Of a stretch of 64,000 nucleotides of DNA, positions 39,061-49,019 are shown one piece after another. The notes under the pieces were generated by a model, which did no database searches, had not been told where the DNA came from, and worked only from the letters and a program-made list of their open reading frames with translations. The translations under genes were made by a program, and so were the position numbers. Source of the stretch: an uncultured Rhodohalobacter sp. (GTDB taxonomy: Bacteria; Bacteroidota; Rhodothermia; Balneolales; Balneolaceae); the NCBI GenBank assembly GCA_964544445.1, contig CAZJBI010000001.1, forward strand, positions 429,526 to 493,525, read 5' to 3'. Within the stretch, counting starts at the first letter, position 1. Each line of letters opens with the position of its first letter.

Positions 39061-39888
39061 TTATTCTGGAATAGAGACGTTGGTTTGTGCCTCAAGAATG
39101 GTAACGGTCATGGTCATACTTCCCTCTTCAAGAATTTTTTCCATGCGTTCGAGCTGCGGTGCTATAGCGCGTTCCATTATTCGTTTTTGCATACCCGAAG
39201 AATTTTCAAGCTGTTCACGTAGTTCTCTCATTCCTTCACGGGCTTCAGCCAGTTCTTCGGCTGAAAATTGATCTGAAATCCCCGCCATTGATATCTCCGT
39301 TAGAAAGGCCATTTGGATCCCGTCTACAGAGCGATAGTCATTCATATTTACATCCACAGAACCACTATATTCACCATCATATTCAACATCAAAGCTCATA
39401 CGAAGGGGTACATAATCGTTGACGTCAACATAAAATCTGCCGCTTTGAGGTTCTCCCTGGGTGCCGCTTTCAACGTCTCCCATGGTTTGTCCGTACAGGG
39501 CCGATACATCTTCAATAAAAATGACGTGTGCTTCTCTGCCATTTATACTTTCTGTTCCTTCATAGGTAGCATTTTCGGCTACGGTATCGAAATTTTCCTT
39601 AAGATTCCAATAGTTCGCACTGGGTGTGTCTCCATTTACATCTTCAAGGACCTGGGTTCCATCTTCAAGGGTCACTTTTCTGTAGTAGGTAGTATCGGGT
39701 GTGTCCGTAGCCATGAAGCCTTCCATTGTGGATATGGTCATCATGGTTTCTATTCCATCCAGTGAGTTACTGTACTGGGATATCATTTGGTTCAGAATCT
39801 CTTCCGGGCTTTGTGCATTTACCGCTGAAGAAATTAAAGCTAAGAGCAGAATTGATTGTAATAACAGTGTTTTAAAAAATATTTTCAT
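39061..39888 (-). CDS. secreted protein, possibly LolA-like/lipoprotein-sorting fold
   Basis: Signal peptide; YEGTESINGREAHVI, FYVD...P, DYRSVDG. Confidence 0.6.
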   Translation of the reverse strand: MKIFFKTLLLQSILLLALISSAVNAQSPEEILNQMISQYSNSLDGIETMMTISTMEGFMATDTPDTTYYRKVTLEDGTQVLEDVNGDTPSANYWNLKENFDTVAENATYEGTESINGREAHVIFIEDVSALYGQTMGDVESGTQGEPQSGRFYVDVNDYVPLRMSFDVEYDGEYSGSVDVNMNDYRSVDGIQMAFLTEISMAGISDQFSAEELAEAREGMRELREQLENSSGMQKRIMERAIAPQLERMEKILEEGSMTMTVTILEAQTNVSIPE

Positions 39889-40228
39889 GATTTCAAGTGA
39901 TGGTGTTAATGATCAGTCTTTTAATGATTGCCTCTGTAAGATTATACGTAATAAACCATTAAAACAGCTCATCTGCGAGACAAAAAAATGGATTGATTGA
40001 AGAAAAAGGCTTCAATACTCTCAAATTAAAGGGCAGCAGGGGATAATTCAGTCAATGAGTTTACTTTTTTAGTCAAATATGATCGTTTATAAAAATAAAA
40101 AAAGCGCTTTTCTGAATTATATAGTATTAATTAAGTAAAAATATAAAAAATCATAAAAAAATATTGACAAATACCCTTCGTGCTTAGAAATTTTAGGCAA
40201 CCAATAACATCAATCAAATACACTCTCC

Positions 40229-41689
40229 ATGAATAGGATAATAAAAGCTACACTTCTGGTTGCCGGAGTAGTTGCTTTAACTTTTTTCACAGCCATGCAA
40301 ACTTCTTCTGAGCCTGAAGTAACAGAGGCTCCTGCTGCCGAGATTTTAACTGTTGCAGAAGCTGAGCCCGATCTCCAGGAAACTGAGGAGACTTCAGAGG
40401 GATTTGCTACTCTTGAAGAGTTTCAGGCATCTCCCGGATACGTAAAATTTATGATCGATAACCTCTGGATTTTGATTGCCGCGTTTATGGTTCTCATAAT
40501 GCACCTGGGTTTCGCAACGGTCGAAAGCGGAATGACACAGTCGAAAAATTCCGTAAATGTAATCTATAAAAATGTATTTATTCTCTGTGCAGGTCTCCTG
40601 ATATATGCGCTTGTTGGGTTTCAAATTATGTACCCCGGAGATTTTAACGGAATTATTGGATTTGGAGGGTTTGGAATTGGGTTTGATCCATCAGACCCCG
40701 TTGGAATGCTCACCACAGGTTATGGCATGGATATGACCATCTGGAGCGATTTTATATTCCAGGGTATGTTTGCAGCTACCGCAGCCACTATTGTTTCGGG
40801 GTGCGTAACCGGGCGTATAAAACTCTCTTCATTTATGATTTTCGGTGTACTTCTGCTTGCTTTTTCATATCCCGTAACAGGAAGCTGGGTGTGGGGTGGC
40901 GGCTGGTTGTCTGAACTTGGATTTCACGATTTTGCCGGTTCATCTCTTGTTCACGGAGTAGGCGGAGCTGCCGGACTTGCCTGCGTAATATTATTAGGTG
41001 CCAGAACCGGTAAGTATAAAGATGGTAAAGTATCGGCTATCCCGGCTCATAATATTCCACTGGCAACGGTTGGTGTATTTTTACTCTGGTTTGGCTGGTT
41101 TGGGTTTAATGGGGGTTCAGTGCTCAGTGCCGATCCGGCCGGAGTGTCTTATGTATTTGTAACAACTGCACTGGCAGCCTGTGCCGGGGCCCTCGCTTCG
41201 ATGGTTGCCACACAGGTGGTAATGCACAATCTTGATGCACCTATGGCCTTAAATGGAATTCTTGCGGGTCTCGTGGGTATAACTGCCGGCGCTGATGTGG
41301 TATCAATAATGGGGGCTGTTACTATCGGTGCGGTAGCCGGCGTAATTGTAGTGTTCGCCATTATTATGTTCGATAAACTTCGGCTTGATGATCCAGTAGG
41401 TGCAATTTCAGTGCACGGCGTTTGCGGAATTTGGGGAACAGTTGCCGTTGGGTTATTCTCTTCTTCAGCGTCTGTTGGCGTACAATTATTGGGTACACTG
41501 GCTATTACCGGCACCACTTTTCTGTTTTCGCTGGTCGTGTTCGGTGCTATTAAAGCAGTATTGGGAGTTCGGGTTTCTCCTGAAGTGGAGTCTGACGGAC
41601 TGGATATATCGGAGCACGGAAATAAAGCCTATCCCGATTTTTCGCCCGTTCCAACGTCTGAACTTGGCGCCTTTACGACCTCTTCTTAG
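40229..41689 (+). CDS. amtB: ammonium transporter
   Basis: FQGMFAAT, HDFAGSSLVH, LWFGWFGFNGGS, NGILAGLVGITAG, DDPVGAISVHG, GLDISEHG. Confidence 0.97.
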   Translation: MNRIIKATLLVAGVVALTFFTAMQTSSEPEVTEAPAAEILTVAEAEPDLQETEETSEGFATLEEFQASPGYVKFMIDNLWILIAAFMVLIMHLGFATVESGMTQSKNSVNVIYKNVFILCAGLLIYALVGFQIMYPGDFNGIIGFGGFGIGFDPSDPVGMLTTGYGMDMTIWSDFIFQGMFAATAATIVSGCVTGRIKLSSFMIFGVLLLAFSYPVTGSWVWGGGWLSELGFHDFAGSSLVHGVGGAAGLACVILLGARTGKYKDGKVSAIPAHNIPLATVGVFLLWFGWFGFNGGSVLSADPAGVSYVFVTTALAACAGALASMVATQVVMHNLDAPMALNGILAGLVGITAGADVVSIMGAVTIGAVAGVIVVFAIIMFDKLRLDDPVGAISVHGVCGIWGTVAVGLFSSSASVGVQLLGTLAITGTTFLFSLVVFGAIKAVLGVRVSPEVESDGLDISEHGNKAYPDFSPVPTSELGAFTTSS

Positions 41690-41721
41690 CGATTATCAAT
41701 TAAAACTTTCAACATAAAAAA

Positions 41722-41751
41722 AGGAGCACCCTGATGGGGTCAGGGGCTCCT
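41722..41751 (+). other. strong hairpin between amtB and the porin-like gene
   Basis: AGGAGC-A-CCCTGA loop TCAGGG-GCTCCT; weak U tail on the + strand. Confidence 0.65.
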
Positions 41752-41808
41752 GTTGTTTCAAATTTACATGCTTCTACACATTCAACCGAAACATTTCAAT
41801 ATAATAGT

Positions 41809-42477
41809 ATGTCTTTTAAACAGAAAATCTTCTCTCTATCAATAATTGTTGCATTTCTTTCATTTTCAACAGAATTAAAAGCCCAGGAAATTTCAACCGG
41901 GGTAGATCTCTATAGCACGTACGTTTGGCGTGGTGTGGCATATTCAGGTCCATCAATCCAGCCCTATGTAGAATTTGGAGCAGGCGGTTTTACGCTGGGA
42001 GCCTGGGGGTCGCAGGGAATCGACGGGATCGTATCCAGCGAAGAGTCGAGCACTGGGTTCCAGGAGATGGATTTATACGCCTCGTATAGCTTTGATTTTG
42101 GCTTGAGCCTTGGAGTGACCGATTACTACTATCCAGGCACGCTGTACTTTGAAGATGACAGCCACGCTTACGAGTTTAATCTTGGGTTTGAGGCGGGTAA
42201 TTTTTCTCTTTCTGGAAACTACATATTTGCAGGCGGGGGATCTGTTGGAGATGATGTCTATGGAGAGCTGGGATACAGTTTGGGAGCTGCAGATCTATTT
42301 GTAGGTGCCGGGGATGGTTGGCATTCTACAGACACAGAATTCGCTGTTGTCAACATTGGGATCGGAACCACAAAAATGATTGAAATCACGGAATCATTTT
42401 CGCTTCCAATCAGCGGTGCAGTCATCCTCAATCCCGATACAGAGCAATTCTATATTCTCGCCGGGATATCTCTCTGA
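41809..42477 (+). CDS. TorF-like outer-membrane beta-barrel protein
   Basis: STYVWRG, PSIQP, LGAWGS, EMDLY; signal peptide from ATG 41809. Confidence 0.75.
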   Translation: MSFKQKIFSLSIIVAFLSFSTELKAQEISTGVDLYSTYVWRGVAYSGPSIQPYVEFGAGGFTLGAWGSQGIDGIVSSEESSTGFQEMDLYASYSFDFGLSLGVTDYYYPGTLYFEDDSHAYEFNLGFEAGNFSLSGNYIFAGGGSVGDDVYGELGYSLGAADLFVGAGDGWHSTDTEFAVVNIGIGTTKMIEITESFSLPISGAVILNPDTEQFYILAGISL

Positions 42478-42483
42478 AATAAA

Positions 42484-42522
42484 TAAGCAGCTCCAGCTAA
42501 ACGTATTTTTTGGAGCTGCTTA
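42484..42522. terminator. inverted repeat between convergent genes
   Basis: TAAGCAGCTCCA...TGGAGCTGCTTA. Confidence 0.7.
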
Positions 42523-42544
42523 AATAATTTTCCTATCTGTTATA

Positions 42545-42748
42545 CTATCCTTTGTATCGGTATAGTGTCCAGGCTGTGAGCCCCAATACTGCAGTTGTTG
42601 CACCTAAAATAAGAGCCAAGTTAATGTCTCGCTGCACGCGTTCTGCCCTGCTAAGATAGTCTGAACCAATACCTTTTTTTGCGATCAGGTTTTCTAATCG
42701 CTCAACTTTCTCTTCCAATTCTTTTCTTGTTTTCTCTTTAAGTGCCAT
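42545..42748 (-). CDS. small hypothetical protein with a C-terminal TM helix
   Basis: MALKEKTRKELEEKVERLE... coiled segment plus hydrophobic tail. Confidence 0.7.
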   Translation of the reverse strand: MALKEKTRKELEEKVERLENLIAKKGIGSDYLSRAERVQRDINLALILGATTAVLGLTAWTLYRYKG

Positions 42749-42810
42749 AATACTTATGATTTTGTTCAAGGTCTGTATCTAAAACAAAAATGTGCACAAA
42801 AAGCATTCAC

Positions 42811-43485
42811 TTATTTCGATGAGGTGGCTTCAGAGTTATGGTAATATTCGCTCTGCCTGAAGTTTTCATAAATTTCAAGGAATTCACTCATAATCATAGC
42901 TGTAGCTCCCCAAAGAGGAACGTCGTGAATGTCCCAGTACGGAACATTAAAAGATGATTGTGATAAATCCCACTGCTCTCTTTTTTTGTGTCTGTCCGAT
43001 AATAGTGCATCAAGCTCAGCGGTAACTATTTCGCTCACTTCAATTGGATTGGGAATGAGTTTTGGTTTTTTATCCAGTATGCCAACATAGGGTGTAATTT
43101 GATTGTCGGTTCGATGAAGGTATAGCGGAGTGATAGGGCCTGCAGTTTTTACTATTGTGCCCGGGATTCCAACCTCTTCATGTAGTTCCCGAAGTGCTGT
43201 TTCTTCAAGTGACTCCTGATTTTCTTGTCGCCCTCCCGGAAAACTGATTTGCCCTGCATGGCGTATCCGGTCTGACCGCAATGTTAAAACCACATGTAAA
43301 TTTTGATTGGAATCTGGATAAATGGGAATGAGAACGCTACTGGGGTGAGCCGTGTCGCTCGGTTTTCGAGGGAGAACAAAATCGGGGTCCAGCGGCGTTG
43401 GCGACATTCGCATTTGGGCTTGCCGACCGGGAAGACGGCCAAATTCCAGCTGTTTCAAATAGTGATAAAAGTGAGTTTGAATCAT
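42811..43485 (-). CDS. Nudix hydrolase, CoA pyrophosphatase family
   Basis: HAGQISFPGG, ALRELHEEVG Nudix box, LWGATA. Confidence 0.92.
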   Translation of the reverse strand: MIQTHFYHYLKQLEFGRLPGRQAQMRMSPTPLDPDFVLPRKPSDTAHPSSVLIPIYPDSNQNLHVVLTLRSDRIRHAGQISFPGGRQENQESLEETALRELHEEVGIPGTIVKTAGPITPLYLHRTDNQITPYVGILDKKPKLIPNPIEVSEIVTAELDALLSDRHKKREQWDLSQSSFNVPYWDIHDVPLWGATAMIMSEFLEIYENFRQSEYYHNSEATSSK

Positions 43486-43511
43486 AGTAAATAAACAGAG
43501 CGCTCTTTTTG

Positions 43512-44144
43512 CTAACGATCCAAAATATGGAAAAGATTCGGAATAAATCGGGGTACTTCTTTTTGATAGGTTCTGTATTGATCACCAAAACGTTTAATTA
43601 AACCCCGCTCCTCGAAAAAGCTGCCTACATAAAAATAGAGTCCAACACATATGATGATGTAAACCAAATTCTGAGTCATCAAAGGAGAGGCCAGAAGAAT
43701 AATCATTGAAAATGAATACAGAGGGTGTCGTATATACGCGTAGAAACCGGAACGGATAAGGCTGCCCTTTTTGGGCTCATCAAGATAATTTGGGAGCTCT
43801 CCTTTTTGAAAAAAGCGTCTTAACTGTGTAATCCCCAGAAAAACCGCCCCGTGTCCTTTTAGAGATTTGATTGCCGCCCATGCTGCCAATACCTGAATTC
43901 CTATCAAAAGATACATCCAGACACCGTGAGTTTGATAGTAAATTCGGTCTTCGGGCAGTGTAATAAGCCAAAGCAAGAGCAGTAGGCCGGATAATAGGTT
44001 ATATAACATTCTATAGAATGACTTGAGCCCTGGCAGCACCCTAAAAATTTTCTGTTTTAACGACTTCAGGGCAAAAAGGGAGTGTGTTATACAAAAGAGA
44101 ATAAATACAAGTGTGGCTACGCCAAATTCTTGAAGGATGATCAT
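43512..44144 (-). CDS. isoprenylcysteine carboxylmethyltransferase/nurim-like membrane methyltransferase
   Basis: GFYAYIRHPLY, EERGL...FGDQYRTYQKEVP; start chosen at ATG 44144. Confidence 0.8.
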   Translation of the reverse strand: MIILQEFGVATLVFILFCITHSLFALKSLKQKIFRVLPGLKSFYRMLYNLLSGLLLLLWLITLPEDRIYYQTHGVWMYLLIGIQVLAAWAAIKSLKGHGAVFLGITQLRRFFQKGELPNYLDEPKKGSLIRSGFYAYIRHPLYSFSMIILLASPLMTQNLVYIIICVGLYFYVGSFFEERGLIKRFGDQYRTYQKEVPRFIPNLFHILDR

Positions 44145-44151
44145 ACAGTCA

Positions 44152-44619
44152 TTAATATTCCTCTTTATCCTCTTTCTGATCCCATTTTTTAAAGAGGGCA
44201 ACTGCTCGCTGATTCAGAACGTTGATCATTGGGATTTTCCTGGAATCGGGTTCAATTTGAAGCTCTTCGTAAATAAATTCGTCATCGAAACCGATAGCTG
44301 CGGCATCCTTTCGTGTAGCTGCAAAAAAAACACGCTCTGGCCGGGCCCAGTATATTGCGCCCAGGCACATGGGGCAGGGTTCGCAACTGGTATAAATATC
44401 ACAGCCGTTAAGCTGAAAAGAATTTAGTTTTTGGCAGGCTTTTCTGATTGCCACCATCTCAGCGTGTGAAGTTGGGTCGTTTGATAGGATGACTTCATTA
44501 TGGCCTTCTGCGATAAGTACACCATTCTTTACAATAACACAACCAAACGGTCCGCCATGGCCTCTACTCATCCCTTCTTCGGCAATCTCAATTGCTCTAT
44601 CCATCCAATTTTGATCCAT
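44152..44619 (-). CDS. nucleoside deaminase, Bacillus-type guanine deaminase
   Basis: GGPFG, DPTSHAE, CEPCPMC, AIYWA, GFDD. Confidence 0.9.
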   Translation of the reverse strand: MDQNWMDRAIEIAEEGMSRGHGGPFGCVIVKNGVLIAEGHNEVILSNDPTSHAEMVAIRKACQKLNSFQLNGCDIYTSCEPCPMCLGAIYWARPERVFFAATRKDAAAIGFDDEFIYEELQIEPDSRKIPMINVLNQRAVALFKKWDQKEDKEEY

Positions 44620-44810
44620 CAGCCTTAAATATAAGTGATTTACCTTATGTTGAGATCTCCTCCAATCTCTTTAGCCACACTAAGTAGCTTTAACTTACTT
44701 AAAAGTTGCAAATAGATTGGAGAATAAAAAAACAGAAATGAAGTGCACAAAACAGGTTCAAAACCTTTATTTTGAGCCGATAAATGAATTTCTAATCAAT
44801 AAAATTTTTT

Positions 44811-45737
44811 ATGTCACTTTTAGTTGTTGGATCGGTAGCATATGATGGAATTGAAACTCCATTTGGATCTGTAGATCGAATTTTGGGAGGATCCGCTACC
44901 TACATTTCTCTGGCCTCATCCTATTTTGCCAATATTGTAAATCTTGTAGGAGTTGTGGGAAAAGATTTTAATGAAGAGGATATTGATCTGTTACGAAGCA
45001 AAGGCGTGGATTTGCAGGGACTTCAGCGGGACGATTCCGGGAATACATTTTTTTGGAAAGGTAAATACCATTACGATCTGAATAACAGGGATACACTGGA
45101 TACTCAGCTAAACGTATTTGAGCATTTTGACCCAATCATTCCCGAAAGTTACCAAAACACGAAATACATTGCACTCGGTAACATTGAACCCAGCCTGCAG
45201 GAAAAAGTACTGGATCAGGTAAAGAATCCCGGTTTTGTGGTGATGGATACTATGAATTTCTGGATTGAAGGAACACCGGATGCACTCAAAAAAACATTGA
45301 AGCGTGTAGATCTGCTGGTTATTAACGATTCGGAAGCACGTGAGCTGGCCGATGAGCCTAACCTGATGAAAGCGGCTGAAAAAGTAATGGATATGGGACC
45401 GGAAGCTCTCATCATTAAAAAAGGCGAACACGGGGCGCTTCTGTTTACGGACAGCGAAATATTTTCGGCACCTGCATATCCGATTATTGATATTTTTGAT
45501 CCCACCGGAGCCGGCGATACGTTTATGGGCGGACTGCTTGGATGGCTTTCATATACCGATGATGCTTCACCTCAAAATCTGAGACGAGCCGTCATCATGG
45601 GATCCGTAATGGCCAGTTTTTGCGTGGAGGAGTTTGGCCCTGAACGGCTGAAGGATCTTAAGGAAAAAGAGATTTATGATCGCTATCGGGAGTTCAGAGA
45701 GCTGAGTGAAATTCCGGAAATCTCAAACCTGGATTAA
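44811..45737 (+). CDS. PfkB family carbohydrate/nucleoside kinase
   Basis: GGSATY, DTMNFWI, NDSE, DPTGAGDTF. Confidence 0.92.
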   Translation: MSLLVVGSVAYDGIETPFGSVDRILGGSATYISLASSYFANIVNLVGVVGKDFNEEDIDLLRSKGVDLQGLQRDDSGNTFFWKGKYHYDLNNRDTLDTQLNVFEHFDPIIPESYQNTKYIALGNIEPSLQEKVLDQVKNPGFVVMDTMNFWIEGTPDALKKTLKRVDLLVINDSEARELADEPNLMKAAEKVMDMGPEALIIKKGEHGALLFTDSEIFSAPAYPIIDIFDPTGAGDTFMGGLLGWLSYTDDASPQNLRRAVIMGSVMASFCVEEFGPERLKDLKEKEIYDRYREFRELSEIPEISNLD

Positions 45738-45764
45738 CACGCCGGGGGCAATTAGAAATAGCAT

Positions 45765-46343
45765 ATGGATAAAATTTTCCTGGCTTCCGGCAATTCTCAC
45801 AAAATTGAGGAGCTTAAGCAGATGATAGAGCCTCTCGGTATAGAGCTAAAATCCACGCTTAATGTCTCCAATGCACATGAAGTAGTTGAAGATCAGCCCG
45901 ATTTAAAGGGAAATGCTCTAAAAAAAGCGCGCTATTGGTTTAATGAGACGGGTATTCCGTCTCTTGCTGATGATACCGGCCTGGAAGTAGATGCTTTAAA
46001 TGGAGCGCCGGGTGTGTACTCTGCCCGCTATGCCGGTGAAAATGTGACTTACGAAGAAAATGTGGATAAACTACTTCGGGAAATGGAGGGCAAATCATAC
46101 CGAAAAGCGAGGTTCCGGACGGTTATTGCGTTTGTAGAAGGAGGGAATGAGTATGTTTTTGAGGGAGTTTGTGAAGGCGAAATCATCAGGGAGCAAAAAG
46201 GTGAAAAAGGATTTGGATATGACCCGGTATTCCAGCCGGAGGGATATGATCAGACGTTTGCTGAGCTGAGTGCCGAAGAAAAAAACAGAATAAGTCATCG
46301 AGGGCTCGCATTTCAAAAGTTTCTTACTTATTTGAAAGAATAA
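45765..46343 (+). CDS. rdgB: non-canonical purine NTP pyrophosphatase
   Basis: ASGNSHK, ADDTGL, GAPGVYSARYAG, GFGYDP, KNRISHR. Confidence 0.96.
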   Translation: MDKIFLASGNSHKIEELKQMIEPLGIELKSTLNVSNAHEVVEDQPDLKGNALKKARYWFNETGIPSLADDTGLEVDALNGAPGVYSARYAGENVTYEENVDKLLREMEGKSYRKARFRTVIAFVEGGNEYVFEGVCEGEIIREQKGEKGFGYDPVFQPEGYDQTFAELSAEEKNRISHRGLAFQKFLTYLKE

Positions 46344-46547
46344 TTGCCACAGTTACAATAAGGGGCAAAGAGAAAATTTCAGAGTAAATCCGTGCTACAA
46401 TGGCCACTCTTCGATCAGTATGAACTGAGATTTTTGAGTTCCTTACAGTGAAATTGGATTCTCCTTCACCTTTCCTTTTGAAACCATCATTGAATTCAGT
46501 TTCTTATTCTGTTAAAGGGATAAATTGTAAAAGTTAGACAATAAAGA

Positions 46548-48092
46548 ATGGGATTCACTTACATCGATGGCCTTGTTATCGTCTTCTATCTGATTATTGT
46601 TGCAGTATTTGGGATATGGTCTGCCGGAACCCAAAAAACAACCACTGACTATTTTCTGGGAGGCCGGGCAATGCCATGGTGGGCAATCCTCTTTTCAGTT
46701 GTGGCTACCGAAACAAGTACGCTTACATTTATCAGTATTCCTGCGGTGGCCTATGGCGGAAGCCTTACGTTTTTACAATTAACGATAGGATATATTTTGG
46801 GCCGAACAATTGTGGCTATTTGGTTCCTGCCGGCTTACGTGCAGGGCGAACTCACCACGGCATATCAGTACCTTGAAGAGCGCTTTGGTTCCGGTATGAG
46901 AAAAGCAGCCAGTTCAACCTTTATTATCACCCGACTGCTGGCTGATGGCGTCCGTCTTTTTGCCACGGCTATCCCGCTGGCTATCATCATCCGTTTTGCG
47001 GGGGTATTTGAAGAGTGGAGCGATGCTGAAGTGTACCTTGCAGCTATTTCTATCATTTCGGTTATAACATTGGTTTACACCTTTCTTGGTGGAATAAAAG
47101 CCGTAATCTGGATGGATGTAGTACAGATGGTAGTATACATCGGAGGTGCGCTGTTTGCACTTGGACTGCTGATTGGGAAATTACCCGTTCCATTTTCCGA
47201 GGCCTTAACAATTGTGAGTGAGGCCGGCAAGTTCGAGCTATTTAATTTTGGTGGGGGTTTGTCATGGAGCGAATTTATTGCAGATCCGTACGTTTTTTGG
47301 GTGGCACTTTTCGGTGGGGCAGTGTTTTCGCTTGCCTCACACGGTACCGACCAATTAATTGTTCAGAGATTACTGGCTACGGGTGATTTGCGATCCAGCC
47401 AAAAAGCACTAATCTGGAGCGGGGTTGTTGCCGGCATGCAGTTCGCCCTGTTTCTGTTTATCGGACTGATGCTCTATGTTTTTTATGAAGCGGCCCTGCC
47501 GGTAGATATCGGTCTTACAACGACAGATGAGGTTTTCGCCAAATTTATTGTGGATCACATGCCGGTTGGGATAGCGGGACTTATCGTCGCCTCACTTTTT
47601 GCAGCCGCAATGAGCAGCCTGAGTTCGTCACTAAATGCGTTAGCTTCATCCACTACATACGACATCATCAAACCTTTGTCGAAAGCCGTTTGGGACGACG
47701 CAAAAGAGCTTTGGGTGTCGCGAATGGTAACTATTTTCTGGGGTGTGGTTCTGACAGGATCGGCCTTTCTGTTTACATGGCTCCAGCTTAGCGGAGATGA
47801 TCGCCCCGCCATTGTGGAGCTCGGTCTCGGGATTGCATCCTACACCTATGGAGGATTATTGGGGATCTTTCTGCTGGGCAGACTCTTCCCCAAGCCAAAT
47901 AAAACTGATGCAATGATTGGTTTCTTTAGCGGATTGATCTCGCTTTTATTTATGGTTGAAGGAGCACTTCAGGAGTTTCTGCCCGGTGATCCGCTCACTA
48001 TTGCCTGGCCGCTTTATACATTTGTGGGAGCGTTAGTAGTCATTGTTGTCGCGAATGGATCACACTACCTGAGAAAGGCGTTAAACCGATAG
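46548..48092 (+). CDS. sodium:solute symporter
   Basis: DYFLGGR, ATETS, GGIKAVIWMD, DQLIVQR, AAAMSS. Confidence 0.92.
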   Translation: MGFTYIDGLVIVFYLIIVAVFGIWSAGTQKTTTDYFLGGRAMPWWAILFSVVATETSTLTFISIPAVAYGGSLTFLQLTIGYILGRTIVAIWFLPAYVQGELTTAYQYLEERFGSGMRKAASSTFIITRLLADGVRLFATAIPLAIIIRFAGVFEEWSDAEVYLAAISIISVITLVYTFLGGIKAVIWMDVVQMVVYIGGALFALGLLIGKLPVPFSEALTIVSEAGKFELFNFGGGLSWSEFIADPYVFWVALFGGAVFSLASHGTDQLIVQRLLATGDLRSSQKALIWSGVVAGMQFALFLFIGLMLYVFYEAALPVDIGLTTTDEVFAKFIVDHMPVGIAGLIVASLFAAAMSSLSSSLNALASSTTYDIIKPLSKAVWDDAKELWVSRMVTIFWGVVLTGSAFLFTWLQLSGDDRPAIVELGLGIASYTYGGLLGIFLLGRLFPKPNKTDAMIGFFSGLISLLFMVEGALQEFLPGDPLTIAWPLYTFVGALVVIVVANGSHYLRKALNR

Positions 48093-48102
48093 TCTGCAGG
48101 CT

Positions 48103-49017
48103 ATGGAAAACCGTTACCCACTTCTTGGTTTTGCTATTCTGTCTCATAGACAACCGGCACAGCTTCTGAGGCTTGCACGGAAATTATCCGCCATGTTTGA
48201 TAACCCGCCGATCTCAATCCATCACGATTTTTCACAGTGCATGCTTGAGAGAAACAACTTTCAGCAGAAGGTTCAGTTTATCACTCCCTCCATTCAAACA
48301 AAATGGGGTCATTGGTCTCTCTCCGAAGCCGCTGTGTCAACTATTCAGCATTTAAATGAAAGGGAAGATAGCCCAGAGTGGATTGTTTTGCTAAGCGGAA
48401 ACGACTATCCGATTCAGAGTGCTGATAAGATTAAAATATTTTATGAAAATACATCTTACGATGCATTTGTGTCATCCAAAAAATTAACAGGAGCTATACT
48501 TTCAACCAGGCGTGAATTCTACTGGTTTGCCCGTTATCACTGGCCAAAAATTACATACCCGTCTCTCTTTCATCTTTTAAAAAGCATTAAAAAAGCAAAA
48601 ATAATAAAAGAACCCATTTTTCTAAAGGAGAAATGGGCTCAAAAATTCTTAACACCTTTTGGACCCGATTATCCATGTTACGGAGGTAGTTTTTGGTTTA
48701 GCGTAAACCGGAAAGCAGCAAAAAAAATCACAGAGGTAATGCACAGGAATAAAAAGCTGTGCAAATATTATGAAAGAGTGTTAATACCCGATGAGTCTTT
48801 TTTTGTGACGGTCTTAAACAATGCGAATGATCTCCGGGTATATAATTTCAATTATAGATTTACCGACTGGGCTAAGAACATCGGTGCACATCCCAAACAA
48901 TTAACTATAGATGACTTACCCGCGTTAAAGAGAGCCCGGGAACATTTTGCCAGAAAAATCTATATGAAAACCGATTCGGATCTTTTAGATGCACTCGACA
49001 GGCTGACGGACAGCTAA
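48103..49017 (+). CDS. core-2/I-branching beta-1,6-GlcNAc transferase-like protein (GT14)
   Basis: IHHD, TKWG, LLSGNDYP, GGSFWF, PDESFF, HP, FARK. Confidence 0.85.
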   Translation: MENRYPLLGFAILSHRQPAQLLRLARKLSAMFDNPPISIHHDFSQCMLERNNFQQKVQFITPSIQTKWGHWSLSEAAVSTIQHLNEREDSPEWIVLLSGNDYPIQSADKIKIFYENTSYDAFVSSKKLTGAILSTRREFYWFARYHWPKITYPSLFHLLKSIKKAKIIKEPIFLKEKWAQKFLTPFGPDYPCYGGSFWFSVNRKAAKKITEVMHRNKKLCKYYERVLIPDESFFVTVLNNANDLRVYNFNYRFTDWAKNIGAHPKQLTIDDLPALKRAREHFARKIYMKTDSDLLDALDRLTDS

Positions 49018-49019
49018 AT

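Noticed and set aside
46344..46420. Degenerate GCCAC...ATCCGTG...TGGC tract after rdgB, reminiscent of small cassette-flanking repeats
   Set aside because: Too degenerate and single-copy in this window to support a call.
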